A DNA stretch of 54,950 nucleotides, counting the filler, from Limisphaerales bacterium (GTDB taxonomy: Bacteria > Verrucomicrobiota > Verrucomicrobiia > Limisphaerales > SIBE01): NCBI GenBank assembly GCA_044225505.1. It is 3 parts of 3 records of this genome, joined end to end, with 100 filler letters (N's around TTAATTAATTAA, not from the genome) between each part and the next. Parts side by side here need not be neighbours in the genome. Positions count along the whole stretch, not along the records: positions 1 to 18,250 come from JBGAIN010000160.1; 2 more parts are not named here. One strand, written 5' to 3'. Positions 1 to 12,200 of the stretch are shown here, in pieces. Within the stretch, counting starts at the first letter, position 1, and each line of letters opens with the position of its first letter. The translations under genes and the position numbers were made by a program. Below the pieces are notes generated by a model. The model ran no database searches. It was not told where the DNA came from and saw only the letters and a program-made list of their open reading frames with translations.

Positions 1-255
1 ATAATTCCTGGCCATGCGGCCGATCAGGGTGATCAGTCCGATGCCGAGCAACAGCGCGCCCACACTCCACCACCAGTAAAGTGGGCCTTCCGGGTGGTGA
101 GTCCAAGTCCTGGGCAAAAAGAAGAGCAGGGGATCGGTGACGTTGGCTGCCGTGCCAAACAACCACTTGAAAACCGCTAACGAAATCACGGCGGGCAGAA
201 CGATCGCCAGCCCCGTGTAGAAGTTCGCCCGCCAACGTGCAAAGGCGCCGTTCAT
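1..255 (-). CDS. DUF502-like membrane protein (3' end runs off window)
   Basis: Manual translation from ATG at 255: MNGAFARWRANFYTGLAIVLPAVISLAVFKWLF...IGRMARNY, open to the window edge. ATGA overlap with the ybeY stop. N-terminus resembles DUF502. Confidence 0.7.
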   Translation of the reverse strand, partial: MNGAFARWRANFYTGLAIVLPAVISLAVFKWLFGTAANVTDPLLFFLPRTWTHHPEGPLYWWWSVGALLLGIGLITLIGRMARNY

Positions 256-714
256 TCCCGGACCCTAGCCTTCCGGCAAAGCTGGCTCAAGCAGAACTGC
301 TCGCCGATCCATTCGAGCAGGGCTGCTTCCACCTTTTTCATACGAACGCGCGCCGCTTTGCGGGAGTCGACATAGCCTTGGAAATGAAGCATCCCATGGA
401 TCAGATACCGAGTGATCTCCTTTTCCCAAGTGGTGCCGTAGCGTTGTGCCTGGCGCAGTGCTTCATCGACGCAGATGAAGATCTCGCCCTGAAAGCCTTC
501 GGACTGGTTGGAGTCGTATCCAAAGGCCAGCACATCGGTCGACCCAGCGTGCCGGAGGAACTCTTCGTTCAGCCGGGTCATTTCGGGGTCGCTAACCAGG
601 ACCACTCCCAACTCGAAATCGTCGCCCCAAAAACGGGTGGCTAACGCTGCCGCAATCGACTTCAGCAAGGGCAGTTGAATGGCCCGGGTGCGTTGCCGGT
701 TGCGCAGGTAGATT

Positions 715-722
<8 letters not shown>
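252..722 (-). CDS. ybeY: rRNA maturation endoribonuclease YbeY
   Basis: LNEEFLRHAGSTDVLAF, GEIFIC and HGMLHFQGY motifs; directly downstream of phoH. Start taken at ATG 722 (MSEIYL), overlapping the phoH stop. Confidence 0.92.
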
Positions 723-1680
<958 letters not shown>

Positions 1681-1778
1681 GATGGAAAATCCGGTAAAAC
1701 GGCGGAATCGATGAAGTCGCGGGCTGGCCATCGTCATAGTTCCCGGCGCCCTTTCGGCACGAGAACCGGCCGGCTCCT

Positions 1779-2276
1779 TTAGAGGGTCTCATCGGCGAAT
1801 CCAGCCCGCAATCGGCGCGCCAAGTCGGCCAGGGCCTCGGGCAAAACCGTCGTGCTGGCCAGCACAGGCATGAAGTTGGTATCTCCGGACCACCTCGGCA
1901 CAATGTGGATGTGCAAGTGCTCCGCAATCCCAGCTCCGGCCACTTTCCCGAGATTCATTCCAATATTAAAACCGTCCGGTTTCATTAACTTTGTCAGCAC
2001 AGACTGACAGCGCCGTGTCAGTCTCATCAAATCACACAGTTCCTCATCGGTCAAATCCGTGAGATTCGCCACTTCCTTGTAGGGTACCACGAGCAAGTGC
2101 CCTCCCGCATACGGATACGTATTCAAGACGGCGTAGCAAGTCCGTTCGCGCACCACCACATGATTCGCTTCATCGTCGTCCGATTGCGCGATCCGCGTGA
2201 AGAGCGAAACGCCCGCATAGGGCGGCTTCGGACCAAGGATATATTGGATCCGCCAAGGTGCATGCAAAGGCTCCAT
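1779..2276 (-). CDS. HIT family hydrolase (Ap4A phosphorylase/FHIT-like)
   Basis: LHAPWR N-terminus, GFNIGMNLGKVAGAGI, HLHIHIVPRW histidine triad. Start at ATG 2276. Confidence 0.92.
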   Translation of the reverse strand: MEPLHAPWRIQYILGPKPPYAGVSLFTRIAQSDDDEANHVVVRERTCYAVLNTYPYAGGHLLVVPYKEVANLTDLTDEELCDLMRLTRRCQSVLTKLMKPDGFNIGMNLGKVAGAGIAEHLHIHIVPRWSGDTNFMPVLASTTVLPEALADLARRLRAGFADETL

Positions 2277-2377
2277 GCCCCGCACTATGCGAGAACGCCG
2301 GTCAAAAGGAAATTCGGAATGCGCGTCTGCCCCAGAAACATGCTTTTCAACAGCCGTATTTCTGCAAAGCTCGAAGC

Positions 2378-3517
2378 ATGCTCCGATACACACTGCTTTT
2401 GACCTGCGCAATTTCCACGGCTTGGGCTGCGGAAGACGACGGATTTGTTTCGCTTTTTAACGGCCGTGACCTGACCGGCTGGGTCAATGTCAACTGCGCA
2501 CCGGAGACGTGGTCGGTGCGCGATGGGATGATTCACTGCACAGGCCGCCCTACTGGGGCCATGCGCACCGAGCGACAGTATGAGAACTTCATCCTGGAGG
2601 TGGACTGGCGCCACTTGCAGAGCGGCGGCAATTCCGGCGTCTTCATTTGGGGAACGCCAATTGCCGCTCCGGGAGTTCCGTTCCTGCGCGGCATCGAGGT
2701 GCAAGTGCTGGATCACGGGTACGATGCCAAAGGAAAAAACGAGTGGTATACGACCCACGGCGATGTCTTTCCCATTCATGGTGCCACCATGAACCCGTTC
2801 GGACGTCACAACGGCTCGCGCAGCTTCCCGTCCGAAGAACGAAGCAAGCCCTCTCCCGAATGGAATCACTATCGGATTGTGGCCACGAATGGCGTCCTGC
2901 GCTTGAGTGTCAATGGGAAGGAGGTCTCTGGAGGATCGGACTGCAACTACCGAAAAGGATACCTGGCGCTGGAGTCGGAAGGGGCACCCGTAGAATTTCG
3001 CAATGTGCGGATAAAGGAACTTCCGTCGAGCGGAGCGGCTGCTGAAGTCACCGCGCCGTTGGACGCGGGTTGGAAGACAATGTTCAACGCGGTTGATTTC
3101 CGCGGTTGGCAGACCAATGCGGCGACGGTAAAGCGGTGGAAGATCGAGGGCGAAACCCTCGTTCTCCAGCCGGGTTCGGCCGATGCTGGCGCTACTCTCT
3201 GGGCGGATGGCGATTTCGAACGCACCGAAATCACCTTGGACTGCCGCCTTCCGAAGAATGCCCCGGTCACTCCAGCTCCGACTCTACAACTCCGATCGGC
3301 GAACGGTTCGACGGAGACTTTGGCGTTGTCGGGCGTTCAGCCGGATCGATTCGTGCGGTTCTTGATTCGAATTGAAGGGAATGTGGCGACGGTTTCGGCA
3401 CCGGGAAAAGAGGCCCAACGCTATCCTCTATCGGCGAATGCCGGCCGGGTTCAACTCGGGTTGCCCGCCGGGTCAGCTCCGCTGACCTTTATGAATCTTT
3501 TTGCGCGCCGTTGGTGA
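2378..3517 (+). CDS. Secreted DUF1080 (3-keto-disaccharide hydrolase-like) protein with degenerate second domain
   Basis: Signal peptide MLRYTLLLTCAISTAWA; SLFNGRDLTGW, NSGVF, IEVQVLD, EWNHY, LESEG...FRNVRIK motifs. Confidence 0.88.
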   Translation: MLRYTLLLTCAISTAWAAEDDGFVSLFNGRDLTGWVNVNCAPETWSVRDGMIHCTGRPTGAMRTERQYENFILEVDWRHLQSGGNSGVFIWGTPIAAPGVPFLRGIEVQVLDHGYDAKGKNEWYTTHGDVFPIHGATMNPFGRHNGSRSFPSEERSKPSPEWNHYRIVATNGVLRLSVNGKEVSGGSDCNYRKGYLALESEGAPVEFRNVRIKELPSSGAAAEVTAPLDAGWKTMFNAVDFRGWQTNAATVKRWKIEGETLVLQPGSADAGATLWADGDFERTEITLDCRLPKNAPVTPAPTLQLRSANGSTETLALSGVQPDRFVRFLIRIEGNVATVSAPGKEAQRYPLSANAGRVQLGLPAGSAPLTFMNLFARRW

Positions 3518-3631
3518 GACTGTCCGGCGTTGGGTGCCACGACGGACACTCGTCCAAGCGTTTGGTCTGAAATGGTGATCGGACCGCCTCGAGCGCCAAG
3601 CGAATTCGGGTTTTGTGGGGCTTCATTGCTT

Positions 3632-3728
3632 TTGACCATGGAATTTACACGGAATTAATAGGGATTTAACACGGTCTGAATCCGTGTTATTTCCCTGTTA
3701 TCTCCGTGTTAAATCCCTGTTATATACG
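3632..3728. repeat. Palindromic array of 11-bp units (4 degenerate units + 5-nt spacer + 4 inverted units), copy 1
   Basis: TTGACCATGGA ATTTACACGGA ATTAATAGGGA TTTAACACGGT | CTGAA | TCCGTGTTATT TCCCTGTTATC TCCGTGTTAAA TCCCTGTTATA TACG. Confidence 0.9.
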
Positions 3729-4023
3729 AACGAATCCTCTAGGGGCGGGGGTGTACTCAATGATCTGGCGCCTCCAGGTCTCGACGTCGTGACGGGTTTT
3801 GTGCATTTCTAAATCGTTCCAATATAGGTAGTAATGATGCTGTGAATCGAGCAGCAAGCCGTCATGGATCGACGGAATCGTCGACGGTTCGCAACTTTCC
3901 CAGGCGTTGAGCCAGGACTTTCGATAGGCCCTTTTCCTCAGGACGGGATCCGATGCACTCTGGGAAAAGCATCACCAACGCCGACTCGAGCCGCCCCAGT
4001 TCACTCGCCCTGACACCGTAGCC

Positions 4024-6294
4024 TTGCGTCCGGAGAGCCGGTGCCTTAATCCTACGACCGGACCCGAAAGAATACCTTTGGCTGCCCTATTTGCGATAAC
4101 GCTGTTGGTGAGTGCTTCCCTCCTGTTTTGGGTTCAGCCAATGCTGGCCAAAATGGCGTTGCCGTGGCTCGGTGGCACCCCCGCGGTTTGGAACACCTGC
4201 ATGGTGTTTTTCCAAATGATGCTCTTACTGGGCTATCTTTATGCCCACTGGCTTGGCCAGCTGCGGTCGATCCGGCGTCAGTTTCTGATCCATGTCTCGC
4301 TGCTGCTCAGCGCGGCCGTGGTGTTGCCCGTACGCTTTTCTTCCGACGTGTTTGGAACGATGCCGGTGGCGACGAATCCCTGTCTCTGGCTGCTGGGATG
4401 CCTGCTTGGGAGTGCTGGATTGCCTTTCTTCGCCGTCTCGGCCAACGCCCCGTTGCTTCAGAAGTGGTTTTCGAGATCGTTGCATTCTTCAGCTGCCGAT
4501 CCTTACTTCCTCTATGCTGCAAGCAACGTGGGCAGCCTTGTGGCATTGCTGGGATACCCGCTGTTATTGGAACCGCTGCTTCGGACAGGCCAGCAAGCAA
4601 GTTGGTGGACGGCAGGCTTTGCCCTGCTCATCATGCTCGTTTTTTCGTGCGGCCTCGCGTTGCTCTGGCAGGGGAGGAGCGGGAATCACCCAGCTTTCGC
4701 GACGGGGCCGGTGGGCGCGCTGACTGCTTTGGAGCGTCCAACGGTGCGAGAGCGCCTCCGTTGGTGTTTGCTGGCGTTTGTGCCATCCAGCTTGATGCTC
4801 GGCGTCACGACTTACCTGACCACGGACATCGCGAGCATCCCCTTGCTTTGGGTCTTGCCGCTCTCGCTCTACTTGTTGACGTTCGTCCTCGCGTTTGCCC
4901 CAGGCGGGCCGAACCGTTGGAAATGGTGTTTTCGGCTCCTGCCGCTCGGACTGATCGCGTTGTTTTACGTTTTGTTGTCCGAAGCGACCCAGCCAGCCTG
5001 GTTGTTGATCGCCGTTCATCTGACAGTGTTTTTCTTCGCGGCCTTGCTGGCTCATTCTCAGTTAGCCTCAAGTCGCCCTGCAGCGGTCCACCTGACCGAA
5101 TTCTATCTTTGGATTTCCGTGGGAGGTGTCCTGGGAGGGTTGTTCAATGCCTTGGTTTCGCCCGTCGTATTCACGCAATTGGCCGAGTATCCCGCGGTCT
5201 TGATCCTGGCCGCCTCCCTGGTGCCTTCGGTCGGAAACTCCTCAGTAACGACGCGAAATCGATGGCTGGGCGCTTTGATGCCGGTGGGATTGGCGGCGCT
5301 CACGCTCGCTTTGGGATACTGGATTTTGCCCATGAACACAATGGCCCGGCCGATGCGCTTTGGACTGGCCTTTGGAATTCCTTTGCTACTCTGTTTCGTG
5401 ACGGTCGATCGTCCGGTTCGATTTGCGTTGGCGCTCGCCGCGGTCATGCTGAGCAGTTCGATCCTGCCCGGGACGCACGGTCGACCGCTGCGGATGGAAC
5501 GGAATTTCTTCGGCGTCCTAAAAGTCACGGTGGATCCGATCGGCCCATATTTCCGTTTGGTGCATGGGAACACGATCCATGGGCGGCAAGCGATGGATCC
5601 GGCCCGGCGTCGAGAAGCCTTGTCGTACTACCATTGCACGGGTCCCTTGGGACAGGTCTTCGCCGCTTACCAAGGTCACCCTGCGCGGACCAACGTGGGC
5701 GTCATCGGCTTAGGTGCCGGGTCGATGGCATGCTATGCTAAATCGACCGAGTCCTGGACCTTCTATGAGATCAATCCGGCGGTGGCAATGATTGCCAAGG
5801 ACGCGCGTTACTTCACATTTCTCAAAGAATGTCAGGCTGGGCAGCTGGAAGTGCTTTTGGGAGACGCTCGGTTGCGCTTGCGGGAAGCGCCCGACGGGCA
5901 CTATGGGCTGCTTGTCATTGACGCGTTTAGCTCCGACTCTATTCCCATGCATCTTGTCACCCGCGAAGCCTTAGCGCTTTACCTTTCAAAGTTGGCGCCC
6001 AATGGATTACTCGCTTTTCACATTTCCAACCGGTTGGTGGAGTTGGAGGGTGTTTTGGGTGATCTAGCCAAGGACGCAAACTTGGTCTGCCATGCTCACG
6101 ACGAAATGGATTCGAGTGCTGACGAATTGGCTTTGGGCAAAGACCAGTCACACTGGCTGGTGATGAGCCGGCGGCGTGAGGATCTCGGCCGAATTGCTCG
6201 TGACTCGCGCTGGCTCCCGATTCGGGGGCACGCATCGGGCAGCGTTTGGACAGACGATTTTTCAAATCTCCTGGGGGCGATCAAGTGGAATTAA
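4024..6294 (+). CDS. Membrane-fused spermidine-synthase-like SAM-binding protein
   Basis: Many TM helices with GGTPAVWNTCMVFFQ and DPYFLYAASNVGS; C-terminal HGNTIHG, GLGAGS, YEINP, GDAR, DAFSSDSIP. Start uncertain (TTG 4024 or TTG 4078). Confidence 0.88.
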   Translation: MRPESRCLNPTTGPERIPLAALFAITLLVSASLLFWVQPMLAKMALPWLGGTPAVWNTCMVFFQMMLLLGYLYAHWLGQLRSIRRQFLIHVSLLLSAAVVLPVRFSSDVFGTMPVATNPCLWLLGCLLGSAGLPFFAVSANAPLLQKWFSRSLHSSAADPYFLYAASNVGSLVALLGYPLLLEPLLRTGQQASWWTAGFALLIMLVFSCGLALLWQGRSGNHPAFATGPVGALTALERPTVRERLRWCLLAFVPSSLMLGVTTYLTTDIASIPLLWVLPLSLYLLTFVLAFAPGGPNRWKWCFRLLPLGLIALFYVLLSEATQPAWLLIAVHLTVFFFAALLAHSQLASSRPAAVHLTEFYLWISVGGVLGGLFNALVSPVVFTQLAEYPAVLILAASLVPSVGNSSVTTRNRWLGALMPVGLAALTLALGYWILPMNTMARPMRFGLAFGIPLLLCFVTVDRPVRFALALAAVMLSSSILPGTHGRPLRMERNFFGVLKVTVDPIGPYFRLVHGNTIHGRQAMDPARRREALSYYHCTGPLGQVFAAYQGHPARTNVGVIGLGAGSMACYAKSTESWTFYEINPAVAMIAKDARYFTFLKECQAGQLEVLLGDARLRLREAPDGHYGLLVIDAFSSDSIPMHLVTREALALYLSKLAPNGLLAFHISNRLVELEGVLGDLAKDANLVCHAHDEMDSSADELALGKDQSHWLVMSRRREDLGRIARDSRWLPIRGHASGSVWTDDFSNLLGAIKWN

Positions 6295-6448
6295 CGAGGA
6301 GTCGGGTGCGGTCGTATCGGACGGGCGCAATTTTGGCGTGCCTGACCTTCGCTTTAAGCGGAAGCGTTCGTGCTTCAGGTTCTTTCGGATTGGACGGCAC
6401 GGGTGGCTTTCGCCCATGGGTGTGTGCTAGTCTGGTCCCCAGAACGTT

Positions 6449-8115
6449 ATGATCACACCCGCTGTTTATCGCATGGCCCGTTCGCGCGGCTTCCAATGGG
6501 TAGGCTTCCTTTTGCTGTTGCCTGGCTTGCTGGTCGGTCAAGTCGAGGTGAAAGGGCAAACCGAAAACCAGGATGTAATTCGTTCGCTCCGGGCGAAAGC
6601 GGACGGCGGCGATGCGCAGGCGCTGGCGTGCCCAAAGACCTGGGTCAAGCGGCGACCTGGCTCAAGAAAGCGGCCCTGCAAGGTTTCGCGCCGGGTCAAT
6701 TGGAACTCGGTGTCATGTATGTCAACGGAGAGGGGGTTACCGAAGATTTGCGGGAAGGCTATGCCTGGTATTTGCTCTCCAGCCAGCAAGGGAACGCCCA
6801 GGCTAAAGAATACCTGGCCGACTTGGACCGGTCCATCTCCGGAGCCGATCGGGAAAAGGCTCGGGTCCGAGCCACGGAATTGGCCAAGCTTATCGACGCG
6901 GAGAAACGACCGAAGCAACGGCACGGATCGATCGGTGCGGCGACGGGCAACGAAGGGACGAGCAAAGCCCGGCGACCTGAATCAGGCGAGGCACCCAAGG
7001 TTGTCGCCCCAAGCGGGAAACCCGCCCCAACCGCCAAGGGCGGACAGGCCGCGGTGGAGGGTAAGGATTATACCATTTGGCAGCGAGTCCGGATACTCGA
7101 CCAGAACGGGTTCGGGCAACCGGTGGAGGCATACAGCATTTTATTGCCGAAAGGCTGGCGCACGGAAGGAGCCGTTCGCTGGGTCATCAACGCGAAGTGT
7201 CCTGCAGACGCTGTGCAGAACAGGCTCAGCGCCGTGTCGGCCGACGGCGCGTTTCGGCTGGAGGTCTTCCCGCAGCACAATTGGCAATGGTACGATGATC
7301 CGATGCTGTTGCAGAACGCCCAGCAATCCGCTCAGTTTAGTGGGGGAGGGTGTCCGCTCGGCCGTCCATTCAATGCCGGCGAGTACCTGGAGCAGGTGTT
7401 CATGTCTGGGGACTTACGCGGAGCGCAATTGGTTGGCCATCATCCCAACGAACAACTCGCTGGTGTGATGCGCCAACAGGCAGACCAAGCGAACTCGGTT
7501 TACCGGGCGGCAGGCGTGCGACTCGAGAGTCGGCCCAGTGCGGAAGTCGGCCAGTTACGCTGGCCGGACGGACGGGTTGGAATTGTGCTTTGCGCTGTGG
7601 AACAGACCGTCGGCTTCATGCCCAACGTGTTGAACGGAGGCACCTACGCCAGTTACCAATGTCGGGTGACGGTTAAGACCTTCTTGTCGGCGCCGGCTGG
7701 TCAGGCCGAGGAGGCTGAGCGCCTCTTGGGAACAATTGTTGCCAGCACGCGCGTCAATCCGGAATGGCAATCCGCTGTCCAAGGGGTTTACAATAACATT
7801 GCCAAGGTCGAGCAGCAGGAAACTGCCAAGCGGGCCGCCATTTGGCGCCAGACCCAGAGCGAGATCTCCGATATCCAGCGTCGCACTTGGGAAAACTCTC
7901 AAGCTAGCCGAGATCGCATCAACGAAGCTTGGGGCCAAACGTTGCGAGGAGTGGAGAGTTGGAAAGAGCCAGGAGGTGGCAGCATCGAGTTGAGCTCGGG
8001 CTACAACGAAGCATGGAGCAAAGGAGACGGGACCTACATCCTGAGCAATAACCCGCTCTTTGATCCCAATGTGGCTTTTCAGGAAAACTGGACCCGGCTG
8101 GATAAGAAACAGTGA
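6449..8115 (+). pseudogene. Exported Sel1-repeat protein with unknown C-terminal domain, frameshifted near 6623
   Basis: The 6449 frame gives a signal peptide plus LRAKADGGDAQA; the 6370 frame continues GVPKDLGQAATWLKKAALQG...QLELGVMYVNGEGV (Sel1) to the stop at 8115. A real lesion cannot be distinguished from an assembly error. Confidence 0.75.
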
Positions 8116-8258
8116 CGGTAGAAGCTAGCGTGGCTATTCAAAAGCAGCCTCCGCAACGTGGACCCGAATGTCCGAGTTGAGATTTGGACACTCTGTTTCA
8201 GCGGTGCTGACCGCTTCGGGTTGCACTCTACGCTACTGCCGGAAAGAATCGCCCCATC

Positions 8259-9101
8259 ATGACTTCTGCAAAAGCCACGCAGCTTCGCCGTCGGATCGAA
8301 CGTCGTGCGCTTGGCCAGGTTCCGTCCGTGCTACAGGTTTCGGAATTGAGCGTCCGTCGCGGGGACGTGCTCATCCTGGACCGTATTTCCTGGGCCGTGC
8401 ATCGCGGGGAACACTGGGCGATGCTCGGTGCCAATGGGTCTGGCAAAACCTCGTTACTGAGCGCGCTGACTGGGTATCTGATGCCGTCCGAGGGAGAAAT
8501 TGAAGTGCTTGGAGAGCGTTATGGTTGTACGGATTGGCGTGAGCTGCGTAAGCGGATTGGACTGGTGAGCTCTTCCGTGCGGCAAATGATGGCCGACACC
8601 GAACCGGCCTTGGACACGGTCGTCAGCGGCAAATACGCCATGATCGATTACTGGGGCAAGGTCAGTCCCGAAGACCGCCGGAAGGCGCAGCGAATCCTGC
8701 AAAAGGTGGAGTGCCGATATTTGGAGAACCGTTGTTGGGGAGTCTTATCCCAAGGCGAGCGGCAGCGGGTCTTGATAGGCCGGGCACTCATGGCAGACCC
8801 TGCTCTCTTGATCCTGGATGAACCGTGCGCCGGCTTGGATCCCGTAGCCCGGGATCATTTCCTGGCGTTTATCGGGCGCCTCGGCGCCGGTCGGCGAGCG
8901 CCGACAATGATTTTGACAACCCATCACGTGGATGAACTGGTTCCGCTCTTTTCCCACGTTCTCTTATTGCGCGCAGGCCGAATCGTGGGCAGTGGACCGA
9001 AGGACGATGTTTTGACGTCGCGCGGACTCTCCGCGACATTCGGAGCGGCCTTACGGTTGATGAAGTCGGGCGTGCGGTATCGGTTGGAGCTAGGCTCTTA
9101 A
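8259..9101 (+). CDS. ABC transporter ATP-binding protein (ModF/YlmA-like)
   Basis: GEHWAMLGANGSGKTS, LSQGERQRV, LILDEPCAGLD, TTHHVDE. Start uncertain. Confidence 0.9.
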   Translation: MTSAKATQLRRRIERRALGQVPSVLQVSELSVRRGDVLILDRISWAVHRGEHWAMLGANGSGKTSLLSALTGYLMPSEGEIEVLGERYGCTDWRELRKRIGLVSSSVRQMMADTEPALDTVVSGKYAMIDYWGKVSPEDRRKAQRILQKVECRYLENRCWGVLSQGERQRVLIGRALMADPALLILDEPCAGLDPVARDHFLAFIGRLGAGRRAPTMILTTHHVDELVPLFSHVLLLRAGRIVGSGPKDDVLTSRGLSATFGAALRLMKSGVRYRLELGS

Positions 9102-9209
9102 TGGCTCGCGAGGGGAGCGATCGCAATCGGCGGGAATCCTTGCGGCGTTGGAGCTCTCGGGTTGAGCTGGTCTGAGATTTGCTATTTTCCACTGGTCGTC
9201 TACTGATGA

Positions 9210-12200
9210 ATGGATCACAGAAATCCAACTGAAACTGTCGTTGATACGAAACGTTTTGCCCAAGCACGGTTTGTGAACCTTTTCTCGTTCAATATCGTTG
9301 CGGCTCTTTGCCTATGGCTTTGTGGTTGGGGGCTTGAGGCCGGCGCGGTAGGTGGAGATGAGATGGCCCTCGGGCCCGCCGAGATGAGGGATGAACCCTT
9401 GTTCCTGACCTCGAGCACGGTTCAACCCGCAGCTGCCCCTCGTTTCACTCGAGGAATAAGCCGCCGCCGCATTGGGCTGCTGAATCCGGTCGCCGCCAGA
9501 GCTTTGCAGTCGTCCGCCCCTGAGATTGCGGTAACGCTGGACCTCCGGCCAGGCGGCCTGCAACGTCTCCAAACCGACGCGACCGGCCGCACGGACCGAG
9601 GCGTGCACTGGATATCTGGGACGTTGGAAGGAAGTCCAACCAGCCAGTTCTTCTTAGCGGATGCTGGGGGGGAGTTGGTCGGCTCCTTCTCTCTTCCTGG
9701 GACCGGTGCGTACCGTGTGCGATCCTCTGGGACAACGTATGAGTTGCTGGACCTTAATGTCGTTGAGCCGCCCGCGTGCGGCACGGTAAAGTCTCCACCG
9801 CTCGAACCAGAGTCAAGCGCGGTAGCCAAGTTTGGATGGCAACCAGTGAGTCTCGGGTCATCCGCGAACGGCGAGGAGCCTCGACAAATCGAGGTCATGG
9901 TGGTTTATACGCGCCAAGCCAAAGAGGCCGCTGGGGGATCGGCGGCGATCGAGGTGTTGATTCAGATCGGGCTTCTGGAGGCAAACAGCGCCTTTCAAAG
10001 CAGTCGATCGGGCGTCGAACTTCACTTGGTTCACGCTGTGGAATTGAACTTTCCAGAGTCAGGAGATCTGAACCTGGATTTGGCTCGCCTGCGGGCGCCG
10101 GGCGATGGATATCTAGACGATGTTCACGCGGTGCGAGATACGGTCGGCGCCGATTTAGTTTGCCTGGTCGTGGAATCGTCGAATCGTTACGAAGGCATTG
10201 CTTCTTTTCCGGAAGGCCCTGAGAGCGGGTTCTGCGTGGTGGACCGGTTTCATCTCACCGGGTATGGGATTGTCGCCCACGAGTTCGGACATAATTTTGG
10301 GTGTGACCATGATCGCGAGAATCGGGCTGGAGGGGGAAGGTTCGGCTATTCCTTCGGCCACCGCTTGGATGTTGACGGAGAGACATACCGAACTTTGATG
10401 TGCTACAGCCCAGGGTGGCCGATCGGTTACTTTTCCAATCCGGAGGTTAACTTCCGCGGCAGTCCCACCGGGGTTCCCGCCGGTGAGCGAGATGAGGCAG
10501 ACAATGCGCGGACCATTCGAGAAATGGCGCTTTTCGTGGACAGTTATCGGGGGCTAAACGTCTCGCTGACTGAGCCATCTGCTCCATTATCTCTCCCTTT
10601 CGGTGCCAGCGTCGAATTGGCAGCGGTCGCGACGAGCAGCGAAGGCCCTATCCAGGGCGTGGAGTTCTTTGATAATGGCTCGCTCGTTGGGCAGGCCGAG
10701 CAAGAACCGTTTCGGACCGTGTGGAGTCCAACCAAGGCCGGACGCCACCTACTGACCGCGCGTGTGACGACCAGCGGAATGCAAGCGACTTCAACGGCTG
10801 TCACGGTCGGCCTGCGGCCCGAGAACGATGACTTTGCCCGGCGTCCGTTGCTTACAGACTCGAACATTGTGCTGACAGCGAGCCTTTCGGAAGCGACCGT
10901 GGAGGCGGGGGAACCGTTGACTTTTGAAGAGTCGGGCGGGACAGCCTGGTGGACGTGGCGGTCTCCAGCGGCGGGCACTGTGCGCGTGGCCGCGGCCAGT
11001 CCTGGAGTAAAGCCAAGGGTAGCGGTTTACCAAGGCTCCGATCTCGCGGACCTGCGCTTGGTTGCAAAGTTCGGGCCTCCGGCGGGAGATACTTTGTTTG
11101 AAACCGCGGCTGGGCAGGACTACCAGATTTCGTTGCAGGCTGGCGGAGAGGATCGGCCAGTCACACTCTACGTCACCATGGAAGACCCACCCGCCAATGA
11201 CAACTTTGCGAATGCATTGCCGGTAGCGCAATCGACGGCAGCACTGATCGCGAATACTGTCGGCGCAACTCGTGAGAAGGGAGAGACCGCGATCGCTCTA
11301 TCCACTTTTGGCCACACCGTCTGGTATGCTTGGGCTCCACCTGCGACAGGCCAAGCGAAGATTTCTTTAGGTCCAAGCCAAACCGGCGTTACCGGCGCAT
11401 TGGCCGTGTTTGAAGGAAGTGATCTCCCCAGCCTACGAATCGTCGCGACTCCCGCGGAATTGAGTCAGGGGATTCTCGTTTCAGCAGGCAAGCGATACTG
11501 GATCCAGGTGGATGGACCGTATGGCGAATTCCCGCTCAACGTCAGTCTTGTTGGGACACCCAAGAATGATAACTTCGCGCAAAGGATCGCGTTGACCAGC
11601 ATGGCTGGCTATTTGACCTTCAGCAGTGCCGGCGCAACCCGCGAGCCAGGTGAGCCAGTCCATGGCAACGCTCCAGGGGGACGTTCGCAGTGGTGGAGTT
11701 GGCGGGCTGCCGCGGACGGCGGACTACGGATGACCTTGATGGCACCGATCGCATCGGACAATCCCATCCCCATCAGCGTTGCGGTTTACTGGGGGAACAG
11801 CGTGACGAATTTGACGCTGGTTGCGGCGCACGATTTTGAAAACCGATTCCAAGAGAGCTGGGTGTTACCTGTTCTGCGCGGCACCAATTACCAGATCGCG
11901 GTTGATGGCGTCCCTTTGAGTTCCTCGAGCCCCGGGCTGCGTATGGAATTCAGGCAGCGGGCGAGTAACGACGCATTCCGGGCACGCGTGAGTGGGGTAG
12001 TGATACCCACTCAATTCTCGGGCACCACCATGGGCGCAACGTCGGAGCCGGGCGAGCCCGACCACGCCGGTCTGCCCGCTCGACATTCGGTTTGGTGGAG
12101 TTGGTCCTTTCGCACCAATGGATTGATGGCCGCGCTGGTCAGTAGTTCAGGCTCGGTGTTGCCCCGATTGGCGGTCTATTCCGGAACCGTTCTTACGAAC

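Noticed and set aside
6624..7468. 339-aa ORF 6449-7468 as an independent gene
   Set aside because: Only the first ~58 codons look real (signal peptide and Sel1 start); the rest is the out-of-frame shadow of the Sel1 gene.
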